This document shows, piece after piece, positions 44,744-53,903 of a DNA stretch of 64,000 nucleotides; within the stretch, counting starts at the first letter, position 1; the number at the start of each line of letters is the position of its first letter. The stretch lies in IMG/VR virus record IMGVR_UViG_3300045988_096244, one strand, 5' to 3'. The position numbers and the translations under genes were made by a program. Below the pieces are notes generated by a model that saw nothing but the letters and a program-made list of their open reading frames with translations, had not been told where the DNA came from and made no database searches. Origin of the DNA: a virus.

Positions 44744-46455
44744 TACAGTTCGGAAATATAATCATAGATGGATTCTGTTCTATACCCTACCTGGAATTAA
44801 ACCTGGGTTCAAAGGGTATAACCGTAATCAGAGGAGCTACCGGGGAAGGTAAGACTACAATCTTATCAGCTCTGGTGTGGGGTGCTTATGGTAAGAATCT
44901 CAAAGGCAAATCTGATGTAAACACTTGGGAGAAATATAGACCTAAGAATTACAATGGTACCAAAGTGGAGATATACTTTGGTAAAGATGGAAAGACCCAT
45001 AAGATAACCAGATGCCTTAAGTATAAAGGTGAGGTAAACGGAGCTAAGGGTAAAGACAGACTTATATATGAGATAGATGCTGTTGAAGTATCTGAAAAGA
45101 ATAAGGGGGAGATACAGGCGCTTATAAACGCTGATTTGGGTATGTCTTATAGCCTTTTTATGAATTCTATACTATTCGGTCAAGGTATGAAAAGACTGAT
45201 ACAGGAATCCTCTTCAGACAAGAAAGACTTGTTTGAGGAGATTTTTGAGTTGGAATACATATCCAAGGCAAGAGATATTGCAAAGGGCTACTATACAGAA
45301 GCTTTGAGAGAGTACAATGAAATAAGCCAGAAGTACTCATCAAGCAAAGAAAAGAAGCAATCTATTCAGCGAATGCTTGATGACTTGAAGAAGCAGGCCA
45401 ACCATGTAAAGAATGACCTATCTTCAAGAGTAAAGGTTTTGGAAAAGAAGTTATCGTTGCTAGCTAAGGCCAAAAAAGAGAACGAGCTTAGGGAGACAGT
45501 AACTTATAAGAACCGTATAGAACAGAGAATTCAGGAAGCCCGGGACAATCAAAAGGAGTTACTCAATAAGATAAATGATGCCAAGAAGAAGACCAGGGTA
45601 TCTCTAGAAGAGTTTATTGGTGTAATTATAAAGTTACTAAAGAGAGGTGATATTAAAAACTCTTTGAAACGTCTAATGGAGGTAAAGAAAGCCTTTGGAG
45701 ATATAGAAAGGTTACAAGATAAATGTTCTAAACTGGCGGACAAAATCTCCAACTACAGGGATAAGTTGGAAGAGCTTAGGGACCAAGAATATGAGGCAAA
45801 TAAAGTTCAGAGGGATATTGACTTAACTAAGGCCGAGATAAAGAAGCTTTTGTCTGAAAAGAAAGCAGGGGTTAACATGGGCTTAATCAAGAAATATAAG
45901 ACCCAGTTATCAACTCTATCTGATAAGCTTCAAGCTATAGAGAGTGAAATGGAGGAGAAGAGGTCTAAAGTAGATAACTACAAATGGGTAATGGATGACC
46001 CTCTTGGGAATAGGGGTATAAAAGCCTTCTTATTTGAAAGCTCTTTGGATATATTAAATGAGACTTTGGAATCATACTCTGAGGTACTTGGGTTTAGTAT
46101 ACTGTTCTATGTAGATATCCAGGGTGTAAAGAAGGATTTCAACACCCAGATAATTATGGATGGTATAGAGGTATCTTATGAAGAGCTATCAGGTGGTCAA
46201 AAGCAATTAGTTAACTTAGCTATGGCATTTGCTATGAACGAAGTTATGACTAAGGCTAAAGGGATTAACATTGCTTTCTTGGATGAGGTATTCGAGAACC
46301 TTAGTTCAGAGTATGTAGACCTCGTAATAGGCCTTATCAGGAAAATATACAAGGATAAAACCCTATACCTTATATCACACCAGGAATCACTCCCAATACC
46401 CAATGCCAGGGTGCTTACTGTGACCAGAGAAAGGGGCCTTTCACAATACCACTAA
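44740..46455 (+). CDS. sbcC: SbcC/Rad50 (gp46-like) ATPase
   Basis: RGATGEGKTTIL Walker A, long coiled-coil middle, LSGGQKQLVNLAMAFA signature, IAFLDEVF Walker B. Confidence 0.85.
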   Translation: MIQFGNIIIDGFCSIPYLELNLGSKGITVIRGATGEGKTTILSALVWGAYGKNLKGKSDVNTWEKYRPKNYNGTKVEIYFGKDGKTHKITRCLKYKGEVNGAKGKDRLIYEIDAVEVSEKNKGEIQALINADLGMSYSLFMNSILFGQGMKRLIQESSSDKKDLFEEIFELEYISKARDIAKGYYTEALREYNEISQKYSSSKEKKQSIQRMLDDLKKQANHVKNDLSSRVKVLEKKLSLLAKAKKENELRETVTYKNRIEQRIQEARDNQKELLNKINDAKKKTRVSLEEFIGVIIKLLKRGDIKNSLKRLMEVKKAFGDIERLQDKCSKLADKISNYRDKLEELRDQEYEANKVQRDIDLTKAEIKKLLSEKKAGVNMGLIKKYKTQLSTLSDKLQAIESEMEEKRSKVDNYKWVMDDPLGNRGIKAFLFESSLDILNETLESYSEVLGFSILFYVDIQGVKKDFNTQIIMDGIEVSYEELSGGQKQLVNLAMAFAMNEVMTKAKGINIAFLDEVFENLSSEYVDLVIGLIRKIYKDKTLYLISHQESLPIPNARVLTVTRERGLSQYH

Positions 46456-46461
46456 TGACTA

Positions 46462-47013
46462 TTGGTATTAAACACTATCAAAACCATGAGAAAGAACAGT
46501 AGAAACAAAGGGAGCAGGTTCGAGCGTACCATAGCAAAGGCCTGGGAATCCTGGACAGGATATAAATTCTCTAGAACCCCTGGCTCAGGAGGATGGGCAA
46601 AGGCAAAAGATGCTATGGGAGACTTGGTATGCACCGACGAAAAACACTCGAGAAGATTCCCTTTCAGTATAGAATGTAAGAACTATCAAGAGATTAAATT
46701 CGAACATATACTCTTAGGCCTTAGAAGTTGTAAAATAATTTCTTTCTGGGAACAGGCCACAAAAGATGCCAAACGATGTGGAAAAATACCCGTATTGATT
46801 ATGAGGTATAATTCTATGCCAAAGGGGGAGGCCTTCTTTATTATAGAAGGAAATGGAGCACTGGATTTATTCATGTTAAACAGTTGTTCAGAACTATCAC
46901 GGATGGAAATCAAAACCCAAAAGGTACACTTATCCGTATACATGTTCAAAGAAGTACAAAGGTTGTTAAACTATATGGACATATTCAAGTATGTCCGGAA
47001 ATTAAATAAGTAA
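46462..47013 (+). CDS. PD-(D/E)XK nuclease, Holliday-junction-resolvase-like
   Basis: KGSRFERTIAKAWE..RTPGSGGW..MGDLVC..FSIECKNY; likely true start MRKNSRNKG at 46486. Confidence 0.5.
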   Translation: MVLNTIKTMRKNSRNKGSRFERTIAKAWESWTGYKFSRTPGSGGWAKAKDAMGDLVCTDEKHSRRFPFSIECKNYQEIKFEHILLGLRSCKIISFWEQATKDAKRCGKIPVLIMRYNSMPKGEAFFIIEGNGALDLFMLNSCSELSRMEIKTQKVHLSVYMFKEVQRLLNYMDIFKYVRKLNK

Positions 47014-47014
47014 T

Positions 47015-47725
47015 ATGAAGACCCCCTACGTATACTGTATTTTTAGGCTTGATAGGAAGTTCTACAAAAGAATCAACTCTGATTTGAAAAGTAGGGGGTA
47101 TAAACATGTGAAAGCAATAATCCCTACTATCAGCGTATTAAAGAAATCTCGAAAGGGTAATAATGAGTACGATGATGTACCATTATTGTTCAACTACGGA
47201 TTCATACGAATGAAGCCTGAGAAAGCTTTTGATAGATACTACTTAAACAAACTAAAGAAAGACATACCAGGCATAATGTCTTTCATGAAATCCCTTGACT
47301 ATCGTCCGAAAAGAAAGAGGCTGAGGGTGGATAATGCCGAGGACTTTGATGATTACTCAGTAGTAGCTACCATAACTAAGGAAGAGGTAAAGAAATACAG
47401 AAGAATGTCTAAAGCCAATAAGATATTCTCTGCAGATGATATTACCCGGGTAGCTATTGGGGATTACGTAGTACTTAGAGGATATCCGTTTGAGGGAATA
47501 CCTGCAATCTTATTGGAGAACAACTTGTCTACTAAGATGATGTTGGTAAAGTTATATCCAGAAATGGACGGCAGTTTGGAAATAGAGGTACCTCGAGAAA
47601 ATGTACTCTACTCTGCCTATCATGAATCAGACGAGTATAAGATGTATTCGGCAGACTATGAAGTAGACTTATCTCAGATTCCAGACGGTAGTACTGAAGA
47701 TATTCTAATGAACAAACAATACTAA
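47015..47725 (+). CDS. NusG-like (NGN + KOW) transcription elongation/antitermination factor
   Basis: NGN-like N-terminus (YVYCIFRLDRKFYKRINSDLKSRGYKHVKAIIPT..VPLLFNYGFIRM); KOW-like IGDYVVLRGYPFEGIPAILLE. Confidence 0.5.
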   Translation: MKTPYVYCIFRLDRKFYKRINSDLKSRGYKHVKAIIPTISVLKKSRKGNNEYDDVPLLFNYGFIRMKPEKAFDRYYLNKLKKDIPGIMSFMKSLDYRPKRKRLRVDNAEDFDDYSVVATITKEEVKKYRRMSKANKIFSADDITRVAIGDYVVLRGYPFEGIPAILLENNLSTKMMLVKLYPEMDGSLEIEVPRENVLYSAYHESDEYKMYSADYEVDLSQIPDGSTEDILMNKQY

Positions 47726-47727
47726 AT

Positions 47728-48657
47728 ATGGAACGACATCAAGAATTGGCTTGGGACTGTTTGACCGAGCCCGAGAAGAATAGCCTGATGTTTATTCAGG
47801 GCAGAGGACTATCAACTTGGGAAGCTGGAGAAATTCTCAAGATGTCTCATTACAAATATCTGGAACTAAAGGCCAGGGCAGAAAAATTCTTCAAACTATT
47901 CTCTGACTACTTTGAACTTCATCCATCATTAGTAAATCCCCAATCTCCAATAGAACCAAGGTTCAGGGACTACCTATTTGGAGCTATGGTTAAAAGGCTA
48001 CCAAAGGAGGAAGCAAAGATACATTCAGGAGATTCATCTTGGTTGTTAACTTCTATAACAAACCCAAGAATCATAAAGAATATGAAAAGGCTGAAAGAAT
48101 CAGAGAATAAGTGGGATAAAGACCTCTATGCTCTGATTCTTGAGTTTGATAGATGGAACAACTATCGAATAATGCCTCGTGTATTACAAGCTCCTACAGC
48201 ATATAAGAGAAGGTCAACTAAGAAGGATAAGGTATACTTATCTTACCTTCATCGAATACCTGACTTTAAGATAAGGCAATTGATTACTGAGTATTGGAAG
48301 AACGGTCCTTCCGGTAGGAGGTATTTCACAGCTATAGTATCAGATGAACTTTTCCCAGAAGAGGGTTATGGGGTGATGCCAATTAAGAGAGAGGATGATG
48401 TTATTAAGGCTGTTACTGATTTAAGGATGTATATATTCGAGAGTCAGCCTATTGCCGATACCTTTGGATTTTTGGTTACAAGGTACTTTGAAAAAACGGT
48501 GGATAGTAAAGGGGGCTTGAAGTTCTGGAAGGAGTACAGGGAGGTTATCCAGAAAGCTATTAACTACAAATCAATAAATAACATGGATTTTACTTGTGAG
48601 ACTCTGGATACTGCCTATAAATTACGCCGGAAAAGAACCACTAAATCTAACTCTTAG
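47728..48657 (+). CDS. protein with sigma-70 region-4 / LuxR-like HTH at the N-terminus; putative transcription regulator
   Basis: LTEPEKNSLMFIQGRGLSTWEAGEILKMSHYKYLELKARAEKFF. Confidence 0.4.
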   Translation: MERHQELAWDCLTEPEKNSLMFIQGRGLSTWEAGEILKMSHYKYLELKARAEKFFKLFSDYFELHPSLVNPQSPIEPRFRDYLFGAMVKRLPKEEAKIHSGDSSWLLTSITNPRIIKNMKRLKESENKWDKDLYALILEFDRWNNYRIMPRVLQAPTAYKRRSTKKDKVYLSYLHRIPDFKIRQLITEYWKNGPSGRRYFTAIVSDELFPEEGYGVMPIKREDDVIKAVTDLRMYIFESQPIADTFGFLVTRYFEKTVDSKGGLKFWKEYREVIQKAINYKSINNMDFTCETLDTAYKLRRKRTTKSNS

Positions 48658-48670
48658 AATTTTAATGCAA

Positions 48671-48712
48671 ATATTTTGCAACTTCGAGAAATTTGATTAT
48701 ATTTACATAACG
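48671..48712 (+). promoter_or_regulatory. Bacteroidota-type promoter (TTTG-N19-TATATTTA), CATAACGAAA start region
   Basis: TTTG 48675-48678; tatattta 48698-48705; 41 nt upstream of ATG 48746. Confidence 0.55.
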
Positions 48713-48745
48713 AAATAAGAAAATAAATTTTATACTTATATAAAT

Positions 48746-49312
48746 ATGCGCAAAAGTAAGAAAAAGGACAAAAGACCGTTAAAGCTTAACAAGGAAAAGC
48801 TTAAGGTCATGGGAAGTGGGTTAGAAAATATGACCTACAAGGACATGAAAAGAAGAGCAGTTGCTCTCGGCATGCCTTTCCCAGATGCTTGTTCAGCAGA
48901 TTACAATGGACTGGCATCATGGATTCACCACTCAGAAAATAAGCCGGATAACTCCCTTATTGATGAGTATGATAAGTGGATGGACCAGCAACTAGAACTT
49001 ACGGGTTATGCAAAGGACGATCCGATGAGAAACTATCAACTCAATCTAGGGTTCATTGGAGAAGATGCAGTAACCAAGCAAAAGAAAACTAAGAGGGTGA
49101 AAGGGTTGGAGAAACCTAAAAAACCTAAGAAAGAGAAGGATGATAACGGTCTCTGGAAAGGAACCAAGAAATCCTATGTATTCGAATTAACCTACAAAGG
49201 TTTGTCAATCGACCGTATTACTAGAAGAGTGCAAAAGAAGTTTCCTGATGCCAAGGAGAAATCCATTCAGCAATGGTATCGGGCAGCATTACGTAAACAA
49301 AAGAAAGAGTAG
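48746..49312 (+). CDS. Lys-rich hypothetical protein
   Basis: 188-aa ORF behind a promoter; KKKDKRPLKLNKEKLK, KKTKRVKGLEKPKKPKKEKD. Confidence 0.55.
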   Translation: MRKSKKKDKRPLKLNKEKLKVMGSGLENMTYKDMKRRAVALGMPFPDACSADYNGLASWIHHSENKPDNSLIDEYDKWMDQQLELTGYAKDDPMRNYQLNLGFIGEDAVTKQKKTKRVKGLEKPKKPKKEKDDNGLWKGTKKSYVFELTYKGLSIDRITRRVQKKFPDAKEKSIQQWYRAALRKQKKE

Positions 49313-49315
49313 GGT

Positions 49316-50143
49316 ATGCCTGTTGTATTTAGATTCAAGGGTCATGATGACTTTGAAGAATCCTGCTATAGATTAGGAATCCCATGGGTACCTCCTCAAG
49401 TTCTTAAGATGAGTCTAAAACTAAAACAGCAATGGCAAAGGAAAGTACTCTGTGGAAAACTAAAGGTTCATAAATATAGGGAAAGGGATAAACGCTTTCT
49501 GGATAGATACCGGGAATGCTTAAAAGAAGCTACCAGGATTAACGGGGTAGTAGACCCTGATTCTTTACCTCCTGATGTTAGGGCTTATTTCTTGGAAAAG
49601 AAAAGAAGGAGAGAGTACTACAATAGGTTCAATAAGGTAGTAAAAGAAATGGACTTAAAGATTTACCTTCACAAATGGTATCCATGGTCTTACAACTACA
49701 AAGGAGAACCAGCAGTAGTATTACAAGGGTTCTACTCATTAAAGGCAGCCAGAAGAAGGTTTTTAATCTATTATGGACGAGAGAACTTAAAAGCAGTCCA
49801 TTGGATAAAAGGTAAAACCGCACTTGAGAAAAAATTTGTTATAGGTAATTCTTTACTTATAGCTGGAAAAAGAAAGAAACCTATATCAAAGATATTGCTA
49901 ACCGAAGCCTACAGAAATCGTAAGGAAGCAGCCCAAAGAGAAATCGGTAAGAGGATGGCTCGGAAAAAGAGGCTGGGCTCTCAACAGAAGGAAAAGTACT
50001 TTTTGAACTTGGTAGATAAGTTTAATTATGGAGCAAAAGAATATAGAACTTTACTCAAGCCTGTTCCGGAAAAGCTTGTTAAGTTATCGAAGGCTAAGGA
50101 GATTGAGTCGAAAAGAAAGAAGGCTCTTTACGAAGAAGAGTGA
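49316..50143 (+). CDS. Lys/Arg-rich hypothetical protein
   Basis: 275-aa ORF, 3 nt after the previous stop. Confidence 0.55.
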   Translation: MPVVFRFKGHDDFEESCYRLGIPWVPPQVLKMSLKLKQQWQRKVLCGKLKVHKYRERDKRFLDRYRECLKEATRINGVVDPDSLPPDVRAYFLEKKRRREYYNRFNKVVKEMDLKIYLHKWYPWSYNYKGEPAVVLQGFYSLKAARRRFLIYYGRENLKAVHWIKGKTALEKKFVIGNSLLIAGKRKKPISKILLTEAYRNRKEAAQREIGKRMARKKRLGSQQKEKYFLNLVDKFNYGAKEYRTLLKPVPEKLVKLSKAKEIESKRKKALYEEE

Positions 50144-50573
50144 TTTAACCTGGGCTCAAATTAAAGTAGCCCTTGCATATAAAGCCATAACTAAACGTTC
50201 TGCTATCAGTTCTATCAGGTGGACTAAAAGACATTGGGATGAATATCAAAAGGCAGTACTACATAGGTTAGGTGGAATGCCTTTGGTAAGAAGAAGGTTA
50301 AATGAGAAGTATATTCTCAAAGAACTATTATCACAGGGTTTTGTTCTCAGGTCAGAGTTCCCTATGAAAATGAAATCTGGATGGTATGCTTACTTGGTAA
50401 CTAACCAAACGGTATGTGGAGAACACTATATTTATCCTGAACACTTTGCTCATGATTATAGGGCAGGTAGAAAGGGTTACAGGGATATCCATACTGCTCT
50501 GAACTCTGGAATAGGACAAGAAGGATATACGAGAATCTATTATACTGCATATAAAAACGGAATAGCGAAATGA
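50028..50573 (+). CDS. hypothetical protein (5' boundary uncertain; the first 116 nt overlap the previous gene)
   Basis: 181-aa ORF; the only in-frame ATG near the 5' end lies deep inside 49316..50143. Confidence 0.4.
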   Translation: MEQKNIELYSSLFRKSLLSYRRLRRLSRKERRLFTKKSDLTWAQIKVALAYKAITKRSAISSIRWTKRHWDEYQKAVLHRLGGMPLVRRRLNEKYILKELLSQGFVLRSEFPMKMKSGWYAYLVTNQTVCGEHYIYPEHFAHDYRAGRKGYRDIHTALNSGIGQEGYTRIYYTAYKNGIAK

Positions 50574-50830
50574 CAGTAGTAAATAAAAGGGAGCCAGAAA
50601 ATCCCTGGGATGGTATAAAACTCATAGTGGGTATAAAAAAATACTATACCGAAACAGGTAATGCAATAGACGATACCTTCACCATAGAAGGTGAACCTTT
50701 CGAAGTAAAAGACCAAAACGAATTTACTCAGAAAGTAGAAGCTATCAGGGATAAAAACGTATTCTTGAAAGCAATGGCGGTCCAAGAAAACAAGGAGATA
50801 TATACTCAAAAGTTTATCACGAAACTATAA
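50570..50830 (+). CDS. hypothetical protein
   Basis: 86-aa ORF, ATGA overlap with the previous stop. Confidence 0.5.
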   Translation: MTVVNKREPENPWDGIKLIVGIKKYYTETGNAIDDTFTIEGEPFEVKDQNEFTQKVEAIRDKNVFLKAMAVQENKEIYTQKFITKL

Positions 50831-50872
50831 TCAATCAAACATTTTTCAAACAACCTTTTAATTCATTAAATT

Positions 50873-51373
50873 ATGGCAAAGAAAAAAGCTGCAGTAAAAG
50901 AGGTAGAACGCAAGGTTCTCTCTAACGGGGTTATCCTCATCAAATACGATGACGGTTCCTATGCACTCCTGACTCCCATTTCGGCAGATGATGCCGAGGA
51001 TATCTTCGGTGGGGAAGCCGAGGATTCGGAGGACGAAGATGACGACGAGGATGAAGATGAGTCGGATGACGAAGATTCCGATGAAGATGAAGACGAGGAG
51101 GATTCCGATGACGAAAGCGACGAGGACGGAGATGAGGAAGACGACGAGGATGAGGATGAAGAGGATGACGAGGTAACCCCTGAGGACCTGGCCGGCATGG
51201 ACTTCGAAGCTCTAGAGGACCTCTGCGACGACAAAGAACTCGAAACTGACCCCGACGAATTCGACGAGGAGGACGTGGAGAAACTCCGCAAGGCGATTGC
51301 CAAGGAGCTGGGCATCACTCTGCCCAAGGCAAAGGCCGATTCCAAGAAGGACACCAAGAAAAAGAAAAAGTAA
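50873..51373 (+). CDS. extremely acidic protein (about 60-aa poly-Asp/Glu/Ser tract) with Lys-rich termini
   Basis: MAKKKAAVKE..; EDSEDEDDDEDEDESDDEDSDEDEDEEDSDDESDEDGDEEDDEDEDEEDDE; ..KKDTKKKKK; G/C-ending codons. Confidence 0.7.
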   Translation: MAKKKAAVKEVERKVLSNGVILIKYDDGSYALLTPISADDAEDIFGGEAEDSEDEDDDEDEDESDDEDSDEDEDEEDSDDESDEDGDEEDDEDEDEEDDEVTPEDLAGMDFEALEDLCDDKELETDPDEFDEEDVEKLRKAIAKELGITLPKAKADSKKDTKKKKK

Positions 51374-51507
51374 GGGTCCTTCCGACTATAACAATTCCCG
51401 AGGGCTGCTATACTCTTAATTAGCTGAAGATAATACCTGGTAAAGATGGCATCAAGTTCATTCAGGTCAGCCCTCTTTTTAATCAAAAACCTTAATCAAT
51501 AAAAGAT

Positions 51508-51939
51508 ATGGCAACCAAGAAGAAAGACCAAGCAGCTGAGGCAAAGGATGCAGCAAAAGCAGAAACGAAAAAAGGCGGTAAGAAAGAACTGACCGCAGAA
51601 GAGAAGAAGGCCAAACGAGAGGCCATGAAGGAGCGACTCAAGAACCGGGCACCTGGTCAGCGACCCAACAGCAAACAGTGCGATATCATCGACCTGGGCG
51701 GTGGCAACGTTGCAAAGACCTTCGCCATGAACGTACGGAAGTACGGCGTTCTCATCACCTCAGTGGTTACCGACAAGGACGGCAAGGTGATTGCTGTCTC
51801 GAATGCAACCATCCCCGGAGTATCCGTCAAGTCCAAGAAGGAGCACGGCACGCTGGTCCCGAAGATGCCCGGCATGGGTAAGAAAGGGAAGGCAGCCGAG
51901 GCAGAGGATGATGAAGATGACGAAGACGATGAGGAATAG
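51508..51939 (+). CDS. Lys-rich N-terminus, small globular core, acidic tail protein
   Basis: MATKKKDQAAEAKDAAKAETKKGGKK.., core ..VLITSVVTDKDGKVIAVSNATIPGV.., tail AEAEDDEDDEDDEE; strong G/C-ending codon use. Confidence 0.7.
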   Translation: MATKKKDQAAEAKDAAKAETKKGGKKELTAEEKKAKREAMKERLKNRAPGQRPNSKQCDIIDLGGGNVAKTFAMNVRKYGVLITSVVTDKDGKVIAVSNATIPGVSVKSKKEHGTLVPKMPGMGKKGKAAEAEDDEDDEDDEE

Positions 51940-51987
51940 GCACACGACGCAGCCTAACCAATTCGGACATAGTTTTTGAGTCATACA

Positions 51988-52030
51988 GGGGAGGTCATCC
52001 AAATTAAAGGGTGGACCTCCCCACTTTGTA
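51988..52030 (+). terminator. rho-independent terminator
   Basis: ggggaggtc 51988-51996 / gacctcccc 52014-52022, then actttgtat. Confidence 0.6.
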
Positions 52031-52037
52031 TAGGTAT

Positions 52038-52256
52038 ATGCAAGAAGACGATGAAATTATATACCTGGCATTATGTAATCAATTGCAATCATATCAGCTA
52101 TTGCTAGAGGAAGAAAAAGACCTCACCGAAGAAAATAGACTGATGGCTGAGTATATTATCTCTAGAACTGAGCAATTGATTGAAATATATGCCCAGAAAA
52201 TAGGAAGTGACACCTTTATTCAAAGACCCCAATGGGACAATTTAACTCCTCCGTAA
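52038..52256 (+). CDS. hypothetical protein
   Basis: Start moved to ATG 52038 (MQEDDEIIYL..) because the GTG at 52011 lies inside the terminator stem. Confidence 0.5.
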   Translation: MQEDDEIIYLALCNQLQSYQLLLEEEKDLTEENRLMAEYIISRTEQLIEIYAQKIGSDTFIQRPQWDNLTPP

Positions 52257-52612
52257 AAGGGTTGATATATCGGATTAAGGATATGACCCGATTGATTCAG
52301 GACATTGATGCTCAACTATCAGTGCCAGGATTATCCCCCGGAAAAAGGCAATCTTTAATCAAAGATAAGACCCTGAAATTAGGTAAGGTCAAGGCATTAG
52401 TCAAAAGGGTAGAAGACCTGGCTAATGGAAATATCTTAACCATAACCTTTGAAAACAAAGGCACTGGGGAAAGATATAGGATTATATACACCAACATCTC
52501 TCAGGATGATGCCATTGCCCATCTGAAATTGATGGCATATCTTCGGGGGATAGAAATAATCATCTCAGAGATAAAGGAAGTGCAGACCAAAAACTCCATG
52601 ACCAAACTATAA
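52232..52612 (+). CDS. hypothetical protein
   Basis: 126-aa ORF; alternative start ATG 52283. Confidence 0.5.
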   Translation: MGQFNSSVKGLIYRIKDMTRLIQDIDAQLSVPGLSPGKRQSLIKDKTLKLGKVKALVKRVEDLANGNILTITFENKGTGERYRIIYTNISQDDAIAHLKLMAYLRGIEIIISEIKEVQTKNSMTKL

Positions 52613-52659
52613 ACATGCAAAGGTAATTCAAACTCATTTTTTTAATCAACTCAACAACA

Positions 52660-53295
52660 ATGGCAAAGGACATTAGCAAGAAAGACCTGGCAGCAAAGAA
52701 AGCTCGCCGGGCTCAGAAGGAAATGCTGGCCTACATGGAAGAGAACAATCTCGACCCCAAGAAAGACTGGACAGGCCACAAGAAACACGGTAAGAAAATC
52801 CAGGCATGGATTGACGTTATCAACCTCGGAAACAAGAAGGCCCGGGAACTCAACGAGGAAAAGGCCATCGAGAAGTCCGAAAAGAAAAAGAACAAGAAGC
52901 CGGAAGCCCATCCCAAGAAGGAAAAGGTAACCAGCACTCCGAATGCCTACGACTATCCTACGGTAGATGGCAAGGAGATGACTTCGGACCAGAAAAAGAA
53001 GTATCGCCAGAAGATGCGTACTCTTCTGAAGACGATGTCGAAGGAGAAGGCCGAAGCAGAAGGAAAGAAATATGCTGCAGAGCTGGCTTCAGGTTCGACT
53101 GCTGCTCCAAAGAAGGAGAAGGCCGAAGCAGAAGGAAAGAAATATGCTGCAGAGCTGGCTTCAGGTTCGACTGCTGCTCCAAAGAAGGAGAAGGCAAAGA
53201 AGGAAGAGCCGGCCAAGGAAAAGAAGGCTGAGAAACCTGCCAAGGAAGGCAAGGACAAGAAAAAGAAAAATAAGGTAAAGAAAGAGGAGGATTAA
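52660..53295 (+). CDS. Lys-rich protein containing a perfect 24-aa tandem duplication
   Basis: KEKAEAEGKKYAAELASGSTAAPK x2; C-terminal KKEEPAKEKKAEKPAKEGKDKKKKNKVKKEED. Confidence 0.7.
   Translation: MAKDISKKDLAAKKARRAQKEMLAYMEENNLDPKKDWTGHKKHGKKIQAWIDVINLGNKKARELNEEKAIEKSEKKKNKKPEAHPKKEKVTSTPNAYDYPTVDGKEMTSDQKKKYRQKMRTLLKTMSKEKAEAEGKKYAAELASGSTAAPKKEKAEAEGKKYAAELASGSTAAPKKEKAKKEEPAKEKKAEKPAKEGKDKKKKNKVKKEED
53041..53195 (+). repeat. 72-nt perfect tandem direct repeat (2 copies plus an 11-nt third start) inside the CDS
   Basis: 53041-53112 is identical to 53113-53184; 53185-53195 repeats the first 11 nt. Confidence 0.9.
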
Positions 53296-53325
53296 ACCGA
53301 TAGGCAATCAGTGAAACTTCTCATG

Positions 53326-53359
53326 CCCCGAATCCACGAAGGGTTCGGGGTTCTTTGTT
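53326..53359 (+). terminator. rho-independent terminator
   Basis: ccccgaatcc 53326-53335 / gggttcgggg 53341-53350 (one G-U pair), loop acgaa, then ttctttgtt. Confidence 0.75.
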
Positions 53360-53387
53360 GAATATACCTATACAACACCACTGAATT

Positions 53388-53430
53388 TAATTTGTATATT
53401 ATAATAATAAGTATTATATTTGCATAACGA
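53388..53430 (+). promoter_or_regulatory. Bacteroidota-type promoter TTTG-N20-TATATTTGCATAACGAAA
   Basis: TTTG 53391-53394; tatatttg 53415-53422; 21 nt before ATG 53443. Confidence 0.6.
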
Positions 53431-53442
53431 AATATTATAAAG

Positions 53443-53886
53443 ATGAAAATCAACCGAGGCTGTATTAAACTGAAATTGCAAAGGCATCTATCTGCCCAGG
53501 AAATATGGAATCAGATTATGGATGTGCATATTCAGGCGCTGGAATCCCTTTTAGAGGATAAGAGCTTAGATAACTGGAAAATTATATTCCCCTGCTATGG
53601 AACTTCTCTAGAAGCGGTAGAATCAATGGCAAGGGAATATATAGAAGCCTTCAAAAGGGTTCAAGGCAATACGTTCAACGAAAGATATGAGGATGTTGAA
53701 ACTATGTTGGTAACCGGATTAAACCAAAGATGGTTCAATACTATCATGAGTACACTCTATATGATGGAAGAGGACTTAATGGAAATGAGTTCTGATTCCG
53801 TCTTCACTCTCTGGGATATTTTCTTCACATGCCAGGCACTGCGTAAAGAAAATAATGTGGTAGCTATGGGACTTAACACTTTCTAG
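53443..53886 (+). CDS. hypothetical protein
   Basis: 147-aa ORF behind a promoter. Confidence 0.55.
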   Translation: MKINRGCIKLKLQRHLSAQEIWNQIMDVHIQALESLLEDKSLDNWKIIFPCYGTSLEAVESMAREYIEAFKRVQGNTFNERYEDVETMLVTGLNQRWFNTIMSTLYMMEEDLMEMSSDSVFTLWDIFFTCQALRKENNVVAMGLNTF

Positions 53887-53903
53887 CTTAAAGGACAGTA
53901 AAG

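Noticed and set aside
50959-51486. 175-aa minus-strand ORF with a long poly-Ser tract
   Set aside because: It is the antisense shadow of the GAn-rich poly-Asp/Glu coding tract of 50873..51373. It has no independent start context or promoter.
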